DNA of 62,789 bases, the filler included, from Octopus bimaculoides (lineage: Eukaryota): NCBI RefSeq assembly GCF_001194135.2. It is 6 parts of 6 records of this genome, joined end to end, with 100 filler letters (N's around TTAATTAATTAA, not from the genome) between each part and the next. Parts side by side here need not be neighbours in the genome. Positions count along the whole stretch, not along the records: positions 30,069 to 43,688 come from NC_068986.1; positions 43,789 to 53,599 come from NC_068983.1; 4 more parts are not named here. One strand, 5' to 3'. The position numbers and the translations under genes are program-made. Positions 39,288 through 51,252 of the stretch are shown piece after piece. The notes below the pieces were generated by a model. It worked only from the letters and a program-made list of their open reading frames with translations. It did not search any database and was not told the origin of the DNA. How positions within the stretch are numbered: position 1 is the stretch's first letter; each line of letters starts with the position of its first letter.

Positions 39288-39689
39288 TTATCTATCTATC
39301 TATCCATCCATCTATCTATCTACCTATCTATCTTTCTTCTTACCCAACTCCACCTCTCGCTCTGCTTCCTTCTGTTGTCTTTGCTTCTTCACTTCAATGC
39401 TATACACATCTCTCTCTTCCTCCCTGTCTCTCACGTTTGTTCCCCTTCCTTCCTGTACCACTCCTCTCTGCTCACATATGACTTGTGGTCAAGTCTCTCT
39501 TTCTCACTCCAGCCACCATGAAGGTGAGACGAACCTGTTTTTTCTTTGTCCAGCTTCGTCATATCACTAGCGTTCAATATCCGATTCGCGTTTGGCCCTA
39601 CGGCATTTTAATGTTGTTTTCACTGTCCATTTTTTCTTGTCTTAGTTTGTGTTTAGTACCTTGGAAACCTCTGTTTAGTGGGTTGATCC

Positions 39690-39881
39690 ACTACTCAGGA
39701 AGAAACTATTATAAGAGTGCGTCCTGCCTTATCTTCGAAACGCCTAGTTTAGAATAGAGGCAGCTGATGAAGGAATAATTCCAAGTGGCTATTTGTTTTC
39801 CTATGTGTTCGGTTTGTTGACTGTAGTTCATTTTTCTAATGTCCTGTACCAGAATATGCATCTATATACACATGTAGATGT
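39690..39881 (+). mobile_element. Penelope-like terminal-repeat fragment (family P1)
   Basis: Clear homology to 12851-13040. Confidence 0.6.
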
Positions 39882-40523
39882 NNNNNNNNNNNNNNNNNNN
39901 NNNNNNNNNNNNNNNNNNNNNNNNNNNNNNNNNNNNNNNNNNNNNNNNNNNNNNNNNNNNNNNNNNNNNNNNNNNNNNNNNNNNNNNNNNNNNNNNNNNN
40001 NNNNNNNNNNNNNNNNNNNNNNNNNNNNNNNNNNNNNNNNNNNNNNNNNNNNNNNNNNNNNNNNNNNNNNNNNNNNNNNNNNNNNNNNNNNNNNNNNNNN
40101 NNNNNNNNNNNNNNNNNNNNNNNNNNNNNNNNNNNNNNNNNNNNNNNNNNNNNNNNNNNNNNNNNNNNNNNNNNNNNNNNNNNNNNNNNNNNNNNNNNNN
40201 NNNNNNNNNNNNNNNNNNNNNNNNNNNNNNNNNNNNNNNNNNNNNNNNNNNNNNNNNNNNNNNNNNNNNNNNNNNNNNNNNNNNNNNNNNNNNNNNNNNN
40301 NNNNNNNNNNNNNNNNNNNNNNNNNNNNNNNNNNNNNNNNNNNNNNNNNNNNNNNNNNNNNNNNNNNNNNNNNNNNNNNNNNNNNNNNNNNNNNNNNNNN
40401 NNNNNNNNNNNNNNNNNNNNNNNNNNNNNNNNNNNNNNNNNNNNNNNNNNNNNNNNNNNNNNNNNNNNNNNNNNNNNNNNNNNNNNNNNNNNNNNNNNNN
40501 NNNNNNCAGTAGCTGCACGATAA

Positions 40524-40899
40524 AGTGAAGTATATTTGCCATTTAAATGTGGCTGACCCCTAAGGGTGGATGTTACTGTTGCTTTTAGCCCCAGGAGAAC
40601 ATCTCCTCCAGCTGGCTTATCGACACACATCTGTGTCCTGTCTATTTTTGCCAAGGGAAGTTATCCCTCCCATCTTGATCTGCGATACGTACGGACCCGA
40701 GTTTTTCAGGTTTATTTCCCTTCCTCAGCGTACGATAATCGCCGAAATTCGATGAGAAACACAATGTCTTGGCAAAAATAGACAGGACACAGATGTGTGT
40801 CGATAAGCCAGCTGGAGGAGATGTTCTCCTGGGGCTAAAAGCAACAGTAACATCCACCCTTAGGGGTCAGCCACATTTAAATGGCAAATATACTTCACT
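40524..40899 (-). mobile_element. Hammerhead-foldback element, complete copy with 132-bp identical inverted arms
   Basis: 40524-40655 is the exact reverse complement of 40768-40899; 112-bp unique centre. Confidence 0.9.
40688..40734 (-). ncRNA. Minimal type I hammerhead motif with two extra A after GAA
   Basis: CGUACG-CUGAGGA-AGG(GAAAUAAA)CCU-GAA-AA-ACUCGGGU-C-CGUACG. Confidence 0.65.
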
Positions 40900-40908
40900 A
40901 TATATATA

Positions 40909-41657
40909 CAGTAATCCCTCGATTATCGGGGGTGTTACTTTTCAAATCCTTCCGCGGTAGGTTGAAAGTCCGCGAAGTAGAAACAGTACTGTAATGGCGG
41001 CGAGCTGGCAGAAACGTTAGCACGCCGGGCGAAATGCTTAGCGGTATTTCCTCTGCCGTTCCGTTCTGAGTTCATTCAAATTCCGCCGAGGTCGACTTTG
41101 CCTTTCATCGTTTCGAGGTCGATAAATTAAGTACCAGTTACGCACTGGAGGCGATGTAATCGACTTAACCCATTTGTCTGTCCTTGTTTGTCCCCTCTAT
41201 GTTTAGCCCCTTGTGAGCAATAAAGAAATAAGAAACAGTACTGAACTCTATGTATGTTTTTTTTCATTTCTATAATTTGTATATATTTATTTTATTATAA
41301 ATGCCAAACGATATCACACACTCGCCTCCTGAGTTTCGTTTTCCAGACAGTATGTGCGATTCTTTGTTTACTCATCTACGGTACAGTACGTATTTTCTTT
41401 TGATATATTCTAATTAATGTGTTATACTGTGCTATACTGTACTCTATTTTTATTTATTAATTTATTAAGTTTTAGATGTGAAATGATTATTCTACCAGAG
41501 AAATAATTAAAATCTAAAAAAATATAAATGCCTATCGGCTCTAGAATCCCGCGATATACTGAGGAGTCCGCGACATAAATTTATATATGTTAACCAGAAA
41601 AATCCGCGATGTACTGAGGGCGCGATAAGTGAACCGTGATAAGGCAAAAGATTACTG
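40909..41657. mobile_element. pogo/Tigger-like MITE with a nested SINE
   Basis: TA-CAGTAATCCCTCG at left, GATTACTG-TA at right; internal repeated CCGCGA motifs. Confidence 0.7.
40996..41230 (+). mobile_element. tRNA-derived SINE family B with a 13-bp target-site duplication
   Basis: AGAAACAGTACTG at 40979-40991 and 41231-41243. Confidence 0.92.
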
Positions 41658-41674
41658 TATATACTAGACTAGTT

Positions 41675-41830
41675 TCTTTCCGTTTCCGTCTACCGAATGC
41701 ATAGACACACAAAAGGTATTAGTCGGCTCGAGGCTATAGAAGACAGTCGCCCAAGGTGCCACGCAGTGGAAATGAACATAGAAATATATAGTTCGAAAAC
41801 AAAATTTTTACTACGCAGCCATACTTATAC
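41675..41830 (-). mobile_element. SINE family A 5' half (degenerate)
   Basis: GAGGCTATAGAAGACA..GCCCAAGGTGCCACGCAGTGG. Confidence 0.75.
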
Positions 41831-42242
41831 ACACACACTGACGGACGCACGCACGCACGCACGCACCCCACACACGTGTGTATATATGTTGAAATTTACC
41901 GAAAAACGAAAGATGAAGACAGGTGTATAAACCACAAGTAGGTGTATTAGTTTGACGCTCGGGAAGGTGAGAATATATATATATATATACATGAAGAAGG
42001 TAAATGCACAGAAATTTGGTGTTGTAAAAATATAATTATGAAATAAGATACTTAAATAGTTGAGTGGTTTTCTGTTTCGCCGATGAATAGCATAAGCGAA
42101 ACTGTAAATCGGTTGACTATGTAAATGTTTTATTTGATAAATATATTTTTTCAACACCAAATTTCTGTGTATTTTCTGTCTTGTATATCTTTTTTTCACT
42201 ACAACTAATCACGTGGAAACTTCTTCTAGAAACTTTTCTTTA

Positions 42243-42480
42243 TACATAGTGGCCCAAAAGTAGGTTTACAGTTATTCAACTACCTCTTTCGCGTTGATAT
42301 ATTAGCAGTTTAGATCTTAATTATATAAAAATATTAACCCATCATTCTATGCTAATTTAGTTAACTTTGTGAAGTTCCCTTTTCAGTTTGTAAGATAAAA
42401 ATTTAAATGTAATATTTTAAAAGACATTTTAAGTGCCTACTTGTTATCTGTAGACCTACTTTTGGGAAAACCTGCATGTA
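42243..42480. mobile_element. Tc1/mariner-type MITE
   Basis: TIR core CCCAAAAGTAGGTTTACA / TGTAGACCTACTTTTGGG. Confidence 0.65.
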
Positions 42481-42584
42481 CATGAAGGTGCATGTTTTAG
42501 TGGTAGAGCGTCAAGGTTACGATCCTGAGGTTGTGAGTTCAATACCTGCATACATACATATATATATTTTTTTCTTTTTTTCTT

Positions 42585-42912
42585 TTTCTTGTTTCAGTCA
42601 TTTGACTGCGGCCATGCTGGAGCACCGCCTTTTAGTCGAGCAAATCTACACCAAGATATATTCTTTGTAAACCTAGTACTTATTCAATCGGCCACATTTT
42701 TCAGTTTCCGTCTATCAATTTCACTCACAAGGCTTTGGTCGACCCTANNNNNNNNNNTATCAGTTTCCGTCTATCAATTTCACTCACAAGGCTTTGGTCG
42801 ACCCTAGGATACAGCAGAAGACACTTGCTCAAGGTGCCACGCAGTGGGACTGAACCCGGAACCATGTGGTTGATAAGAAAGCTACTTTCCACGCAGCCAC
42901 TCCTGCGCCTAA
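42585..42912 (-). mobile_element. SINE family A
   Basis: Head and tail both present; a 47-bp duplication across the 10-N gap is an artefact. Confidence 0.85.
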
Positions 42913-43652
42913 GCACTATTACTTCCAAAAGTTAATCTTTATAACCAAGTCAACGTGGATGTCTTGTTTGTTAACAGCCACAAGAGAACCTGTTATCGAT
43001 AGATAGAAACTCAGACTGGAATACGGGCTGCCCCGTACACTGGAAGATTGACTGGCAAACAGAAAGATCGATCGATATAGAATTAGATAGCCAGACAGTT
43101 AGAAAAACAGACAGATGTGGAAACTGATTCATAGATAGAAAGATGAAGAGAGACAGGTAGAAGCATACATAGATGATAACATAAATAGCTAAACCGTCAA
43201 CAAAGCCATCGAGAACGATTGAGCTGGTTCTTTATCATTTAAAGATGTAATACATGTGTAGGTATTAGGCAGGGCTTTTAATTCAGAAATAACACAAATT
43301 TATCGTAAATTAATTCTGGATTTCCTCTATGGTAATTTTTTTTTTTAAATGAGGTGGATTTTCAGCAAAAAGTAGTGCTTGTTTTCCATATATTTCGATA
43401 AATCTTTCTGGTAAACCGTATATTGATCGATTGTTCTTTTTAAAATGTTATCCCTATGCATTAAATTAAAATTATAGATTCACTGCTACATTATTTTCCT
43501 TCTGTAATAATGCATGACTGCGAGAATATTTAATCCGGTTGAAATCTCCTTTATCATCGGAAGTTTATAACTGCGAAAAGAATATTTTAGATATAACAAT
43601 CTAACAGATGGGAGAATATGGAACTATATACTTATACACGTATATACGTAGT

Positions 43653-43687
<35 letters not shown>

Positions 43688-43688
43688 A

Positions 43689-43788
43689 NNNNNNNNNNNN
43701 NNNNNNNNNNNNNNNNNNNNNNNNNNNNNNNNTTAATTAATTAANNNNNNNNNNNNNNNNNNNNNNNNNNNNNNNNNNNNNNNNNNNN
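43689..43788. other. Assembly join spacer N44-TTAATTAATTAA-N44
   Basis: Same 100-bp spacer. Confidence 0.95.
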
Positions 43789-43931
43789 GTGGTGAGAGGG
43801 ATAACTTCCCTTGGCAAACAGGACACAGTCGTGTGTCGATAAGCCAGCTGGAGGAGATGTCCTCCTGGGGCTAAAAGCAACAGTAACATCCACCCCTAGG
43901 GGTCAGCCACACTTAAGTGGCAATATACTAC

Positions 43932-43936
<5 letters not shown>
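43789..43936 (+). mobile_element. Hammerhead-foldback family: 3' arm, truncated at a scaffold start
   Basis: GAGAGGGATAACTTCCC plus arm; ends CACTTTAT then (AT)n. Confidence 0.85.
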
Positions 43937-43966
<30 letters not shown>

Positions 43967-44936
43967 TGAGAGTATTGGAGAGAGAGAGAGAAAGATTTAC
44001 GTTGCAATGGAAAAGCTGATAGTGGCTTCGACGTTTCGGCAAACCCATCGTCTGCAGTGTGATAGCACCGATCAAATCGAAATTTCTAAGTTGCTGCTAA
44101 CCATTGCCTTCAAATTATTTCGTAAAATGTCTTAAGTATTAAAATGTCTTCAGTAATTCTTCAGTTTAGTGTTAAAAGATTCCTTACGTACATACAAACA
44201 CACATACATACATACATGCACATGCACATGCACACGCGCACACAGATACAACACAAACGCTCACACACAGATACACACACACATATATATGTTTCAACCA
44301 GAAGCCATAGAATGTCAGTATGTATGATAGATGAAAGCATTTCTTTAACCAATTGCCATCCTAACGATGACGACCATTCTGTAGCCTTCCCCATATGATA
44401 ATTTCAGTGCATAATGAATTATGTTGACAGTAATATACATGCAGTGCATTATTGAATAGTATTGTATATTCACAAATCAATGCAGATAACAAAAAAAATT
44501 AAAAAAACAAACAAACAAACAAACAAACTAGTTCATGAGGTCATAAAAACATCATGGTTACACCAATGATTTAAATCTTTTTCTCGCTCCCTCTTTCTCT
44601 CTCTCTCTCACGCTTTGTATATATATATATGNNNNNNNNNNNNNNNNNNNNNNNNNNNNNNNNNNNNNNNNNNNNNNNNNNNNNNNNNNNNNNNNNNNNN
44701 NNNNNNNNNNNNNNNNNNNNNNNNNNNNNNNNNNNNNNNNNNNNNNNNNNNNNNNNNNNNNNNNNNNNNNNNNNNNNNNNNNNNNNNNNNNNNNNNNNNN
44801 NNNNNNNNNNNNNNNNNNNNNNNNNNNNNNNNNNNNNNNNNNNNNNNNNNNNNNNNNNNNNNNNNNNNNNNNNNNNNNNNNNNNNNNNNNNNNNNNNNNN
44901 NNNNNNNNNNNNNNNNNNNNNNNNNNNNNNNNNNNN

Positions 44937-44979
<43 letters not shown>

Positions 44980-45372
44980 CTTACATATATATATCAGTTG
45001 GTTTAGAATGTCGATTTCAACAGTGAGCATATACGTTGTGTGCACAGTATATACATATATACGGAACAAAAAGAATGAAAAATCAATAGAGACAGTGATG
45101 CAGGCAACAGGCAAACTGACAGAAACACAAATGATATGCGTACTAAAGCGAGAAAGAATCACAAACAAATGAAGCCATTCCGAAGAGAAGAGTAGAAGAG
45201 ATAAATACCCCTTTAAGTGCTGAAAACCGGTGTGTTTTGTGCTGCTCAAGCTCTGTTAAGACACCCTGGCAAAATAGATAGGCAGTAAAGAATAAGGAAT
45301 AGGTGACAGAAATATATAATGCAGAATATATATATATATATATGATGCAAAAAGATAAAATGAGGGATTAAT

Positions 45373-45403
<31 letters not shown>

Positions 45404-48020
45404 GCTACTGCTACTGCTGCTGCTGCTGCTGATGATGATGATGACGCTGCAGCTGCTACATACAGTAATATAAATTATGCATATATACACAGATAAATAG
45501 ATACACTGAGAGAGATAGAGTGAGAGAGAGATGGAAATACAGGGTGATATGAAGTAATAATGAATAATGGTAGTAATAATTAGTATTTATGATTTCCTCC
45601 ATTAGCTGAGAGAGAAACAAGAGGTAGAATTTCTATTCGATTTAGAAATATTTAAACTCAGTAGTAGTAAAACTTAGTTTTGAAAATTAACAAATGATTT
45701 TTTCTTTTTGTTTGGACAATATATGATTGCAGTTTGTATATTACTCCTTCCCCGACTAACGGAAATAAAAGGCTCTGAATATATCTGTAGAGAAGAATAT
45801 CAACATTTTTCACCTCGGCTAGATAATTTGCACCATATCCAATCAGATGTCCCGATTATAATTAACATCATTAACGATGTCCTGTCATAGGCCATTCAGA
45901 TTCTTTTTCTCTATTATATCTCCGTCATTTAGCTGCTATTTCTAAGAGGCCGGCACATCGCATAGAGCCTGCCTTGTTTGATTGGGGAAAAGATGTAACA
46001 TATGCTCTTAATTACCTATAGTGAAAAGATAACGAACAGCGAAACGAATGATAACAGATGAAGGAATATGTACGGTGAAAAGTCGAGGATTGAGGAAGTA
46101 GAATTCAAAAAACGTTCCGTAAATATATGAGTAATATTCAGGCTGTCTTTATAGCAATCTATAATTAAAATCCGTATCCAGTTTAGTTCCAGTCTTTTTT
46201 GCAATATGAAAGCAAGCCACTCCAGTTTCATCTTTTCCTTTCGTCTTTGTTCGATCGATATCATGAAAGCGGTTCAAACATTCAAATATGCAGATACCGT
46301 GTCTTCCTGACCCATATGGTGATGAAGTACGTATGTGCCATTGACTGCTTCTTTTAAATCAATTTCAGCATTCCACTTATTATAATGATCGCACTTATAA
46401 TAAATAATAATCAGTATAATGGAGAGATCACAGTGTACTAGCACAGTCTGTTCCGGAAATATATATTCAGTAGAATGTCGTATACGTTGTTCGAAGCAAA
46501 TCTCTCAGATAAAAGAATTGATTTTAAATGCTTTGATGATCACTTAAATTAGAAACGGTCAAGGACTGCAGCTGATATAATCCACCACAAACTCTGTAAA
46601 CAAATGGATGGCTTATGCCTGTATTAAGAAATTTAACTGTACAAGATGAAGTTTGGTAGTGGATGTAAGTAACGTACATGAGGATGTCAGCAAAGCATGT
46701 TCGAAGTCCCCTCGTCAAATGTACTAAGTAAACAGAATTGAAGATATTGAATTATAGTCAAACATTTTGAAAGGTACGTGTAAGACACGTCAAGGAGGGA
46801 CAAGGATTTGAACGGGGGACGACTACAATGCTTAAGCAGCAGCATACGTAGACAATTTATTAATAAGTAATTCACATCGCAATAATTTCATTGTACATCC
46901 AGATAGGCAATGTTAATAAGCAACCAAATACACACACACACGCACACATCATACATACACACACACACACGTATATAAGTATACNNNNNNNNNNNNNNNN
47001 NNNNNNNNNNNNNNNNNNNNNNNNNNNNNNNNNNNNNNNNNNNNNNNNNNNNNNNNNNNNNNNNNNNNNNNNNNNNNNNNNNNNNNNNNNNNNNNNNNNN
47101 NNNNNNNNNNNNNNNNNNNNNNNNNNNNNNNNNNNNNNNNNNNNNNNNNNNNNNNNNNNNNNNNNNNNNNNNNNNNNNNNNNNNNNNNNNNNNNNNNNNN
47201 NNNNNNNNNNNNNNNNNNNNNNNNNNNNNNNNNNNNNNNNNNNNNNNNNNNNNNNNNNNNNNNNNNNNNNNNNNNNNNNNNNNNNNNNNNNNNNNNNNNN
47301 NNNNNNNNNNNNNNNNNNNNNNNNNNNNNNNNNNNNNNNNNNNNNNNNNNNNNNNNNNNNNNNNNNNNNNNNNNNNNNNNNNNNNNNNNNNNNNNNNNNN
47401 NNNNNNNNNNNNNNNNNNNNNNNNNNNNNNNNNNNNNNNNNNNNNNNNNNNNNNNNNNNNNNNNNNNNNNNNNNNNNNNNNNNNNNNNNNNNNNNNNNNN
47501 NNNNNNNNNNNNNNNNNNNNNNNNNNNNNNNNNNNNNNNNNNNNNNNNNNNNNNNNNNNNNNNNNNNNNNNNNNNNNNNNNNNNNNNNNNNNNNNNNNNN
47601 NNNNNNNNNNNNNNNNNNNNNNNNNNNNNNNNNNNNNNNNNNNNNNNNNNNNNNNNNNNNNNNNNNNNNNNNNNNNNNNNNNNNNNNNNNNNNNNNNNNN
47701 NNNNNNNNNNNNNNNNNNNNNNNNNNNNNNNNNNNNNNNNNNNNNNNNNNNNNNNNNNNNNNNNNNNNNNNNNNNNNNNNNNNNNNNNNNNNNNNNNNNN
47801 NNNNNNNNNNNNNNNNNNNNNNNNNNNNNNNNNNNNNNNNNNNNNNNNNNNNNNNNNNNNNNNNNNNNNNNNNNNNNNNNNNNNNNNNNNNNNNNNNNNN
47901 NNNNNNNNNNNNNNNNNNNNNNNNNNNNNNNNNNNNNNNNNNNNNNNNNNNNNNNNNNNNNNNNNNNNNNNNNNNNNGTTGTTGTTTTTTTTCGTACATT
48001 CTCCCATATATATATATATG

Positions 48021-48317
48021 GTGAAGTATATTGCCACTTAAATGTGGCTGACCCCTAGGGGTGGATGTTACTGTTGCTTTTTCGATATCAGTGAATAATT
48101 TCACTGGAAAAAGATATATAAGTTTTGCCAGGAATTAGCTTTCTCATCGTAGATCGGTGGGTATCGGACGCTGACGAAGTGAAATAACCCTGAAACTCGA
48201 GTCCGTTCGTGATACAGATCACGATGAGAGGGATAACTTCCCTGGGGCTAAAAGCAATAGTAACATCCACCCCTAGGGGTCAGCCACATTTAAGTGGCAA
48301 TACACTTCACTTTATCG
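48021..48317 (+). mobile_element. Hammerhead-foldback element with shortened arms
   Basis: 61-bp outer arms with 2 mismatches; centre homologous to the reverse complement of 40656-40767. Confidence 0.88.
48165..48209 (+). ncRNA. Minimal type I hammerhead ribozyme with canonical core and GUC cleavage triplet
   Basis: CGGACG-CUGACGA-AG(UGAAAUAACC)CU-GAA-ACUCGAGU-C-CGUUCG; predicted cleavage 3' of C48203. Confidence 0.8.
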
Positions 48318-48413
48318 TCCATTACTGTTAATACCCCGTTTAGAGAATTAACATATATATATATATGCTTTTGGTGCAAATTGTTTTGTCATTCAACGCC
48401 GTATTTTACCATC

Positions 48414-48708
48414 CTGTAAATAATAGTAATAGTATTTTTATATAAGCTTAAAGTTTATGCCGTTCACCGCGCAATGATTAAGGAAAATAGTCTACTAAAA
48501 AAGAAGGCATTCCCATCCGCGTGTAAAGGTAGCACACTTAGTCATGTAAACAATGGGATGTGAGTTCACGTCCCACGCGGATGGGAAACTCTTCTTTTTT
48601 CTGTCGAGGGCTTTTACGCCCCATTATTAGACTATTTTCCTGAGTCATTGGACGGTGAACAGCATAAGCTCTAAGCTTATATAAAAGTCACATTATTATC
48701 ATTTACAG
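48414..48708. mobile_element. Foldback/MITE-like element with long imperfect inverted arms
   Basis: Outer ~85-bp arms plus inner arms AAAAAAGAAG..TTCCCATCCGCGTG / CACGCGGATGGGAA..CTTCTTTTTT. Confidence 0.75.
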
Positions 48709-48714
48709 CACCGT

Positions 48715-48900
48715 ATAATAAAGTCATTCGCACCGACCAAAACCTTGTGAGTGGATTTCTTACTGGGAAACTGAAAGAAGACTGCCGTACATATGTGTGT
48801 ATCTGTGTGTGTGTGTGTGTGTGTCTTGTGTTTGTACCCCCACCATTGCTTGACAACTGGCCGTAGTCACATGACTGAAACAAGTAAAGCAATAAAAATC
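48715..48900 (+). mobile_element. SINE family A fragment
   Basis: CCGACCAAAACCTTGTGAGTGGATTT..GGAAACTGAAAGAAG..ATGACTGAAACAAGTAAA. Confidence 0.7.
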
Positions 48901-50387
48901 TATGCCATTTTAATCCCGAGCAAGACCGAGTATCTCTGCTAGTACTTATAACGTGGTTAAAAGTTAGTTGAAGGAAAAGTTGGATACAGATGTACACTGG
49001 GGCAGTCATACTGAGAGAGAGAAAAAGAGAGTGAGAGAGAACCAAAGAGAGTGAAGCAGACAGAGGTGTTATTGTTGATAGTGTGTTGATATTGAAAAGT
49101 ATTATTTTTTATTGAACTAATTTTTTTTTAAGAACGACTATCGGATACCCATAGGTGGAATTATTTATCATCTGTTAGCTTAAACATTTATATTTGTTTA
49201 TTAGGGTTAATTTTAACCTAAACTCTAGATTCATAAGAAATTCAACTGCAAGCTGCCCGAGAAAAGATGCACAGTAGTAGAACATGAATCAAGGTGGGAC
49301 AGCGAGAAGATATAAAAGGAAGAAAAAAACAAGACAGGCGGAATCGTAAGGAAATGAATGCAGATGTACGTCAAAATATTTAAAGGAAGCAAAGCTATGG
49401 ATGATGTAAAAATACAAATCCTACTTTCTTTCTTAAATATTTCCTCGTAATTTTATCCATTCTGTGGGATTTACACGGGTTCTACTATTTAAAAGTATCA
49501 CAGCGAAGACAAGCCCAAAGCTACTGTTAACCAGAATTTATAACACTTTAAGTGCCTTAAAAAGTGTTCTTCATACACATGACATATAACATTATGGATT
49601 AGGAGAAATCAGACACGTCCCTTTCGGATTATATCTGGAGTTTGAAGGGAAAATTACACGCTTTAACATCAAGCGGAAAACAATACTAAAATTCAAAACA
49701 ACTTAAAAAATGGAACAAAATCCTTCTTAATTTTAAACCCTTAAATCTTATGATGTTCTACTTTCTATTTTACATACGTGTCACAAAAAACACATTAGGA
49801 CTACAATTATGTAATGTTTCACCTATCAAATACGCATGAATATCCATGTATCTGAAGCAGTCCAACTGGCCCACAATGACCTTTTGTGAAATTATTTTTT
49901 GGTCCAACTGGACCACAATGAATTTCCGTAAAATTATTTTGTTAGATATAAAAGATTAAACAAATATTACCTTATGAACATTGTAGAAATAAACAAAATT
50001 AAAAGGAGATCCCCCGGACCCCATCGCCTTTTGTGTAATTCCAACCCAACCGTCACACGAAGGGTTAATATATAACATATATCGTGAAGCATATAAAACC
50101 ACTAGGTTTTAGAAAATATATTAAAATAAGTTAACCCACTAACTTACACGATTTGATAGTGGAAATTATTTTAGCGAGTCCATGAAAGTATTTCATTTCA
50201 TATTTATGTAATATAATCAATCTTTTCATACCTTTCCTACACAATTCAGTATTCTGCCCTCTCATTTCACGTTACAAATAAGAATTCGAGACTCCAATAA
50301 ATTCATTAGTTGCAGTAACTGATGTTTTATTGTATTCACAAATTTAGAGATATACACACAGTTAGTTTCATATACACACACCCAACA

Positions 50388-50463
<76 letters not shown>

Positions 50464-50828
50464 CGCGCATACACACCCTATCATACCTACATATGTACAT
50501 CAACATGCACCCCCACACACGTACATATCTATATCTATCTATATATATATATATACACATAGCATCATACGTACATACATAGATACATACATCCATCCTC
50601 ACACATGTATATGCATGTATGTATCAATCTATCTATCTATACAGTCACACACATGCGCGCGCACGCACACACATAATGTCTATATTCTGAAGTAGTCTGA
50701 AAAATTGTATTAATGCTTTACAGTATTGTATATTGATTTTTCCTAACACATACACTGCGAATATAAATATGAGATCGTATGCTACTATATATGTGCTTGT
50801 GCGTGTGTGCATATATATACTTATATAT

Positions 50829-50951
<123 letters not shown>

Positions 50952-50990
50952 CATATATATATGTATACATTTGTATATGTATATATATAT

Positions 50991-51098
50991 AGTTTATACG
51001 GATAAACATTAAAAACCATTATTAAGGTGTAAAAAATAGTGATTAAATATATGTCTTTTTGCATTTCTATATCTAGTAAAGATATACATACATACATA

Positions 51099-51157
<59 letters not shown>

Positions 51158-51252
51158 TAACTAAATATAGGAATGCAAAAAGACGTATTATATTTAATCA
51201 CTATTTTTTTTTACACCTTAATAATGGTCTTTAATGTTTATCCGTATCAACT
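50991..51252. repeat. Inverted repeat (~87-93 bp arms) around a (TC)n(TA)n microsatellite
   Basis: 50991-51077 matches the reverse complement of 51160-51252 at roughly 85-90% by eye. Confidence 0.8.

Noticed and set aside
42701-42805. 47-bp direct repeat
   Set aside because: Flanks a 10-N gap; overlapping contig ends not merged by the assembler.
44027-44060. Hammerhead-like CAGACGA..CCGAAACGUC (minus strand)
   Set aside because: Core substitution, 2-bp helix II and no helix I pairing; too degenerate to call.
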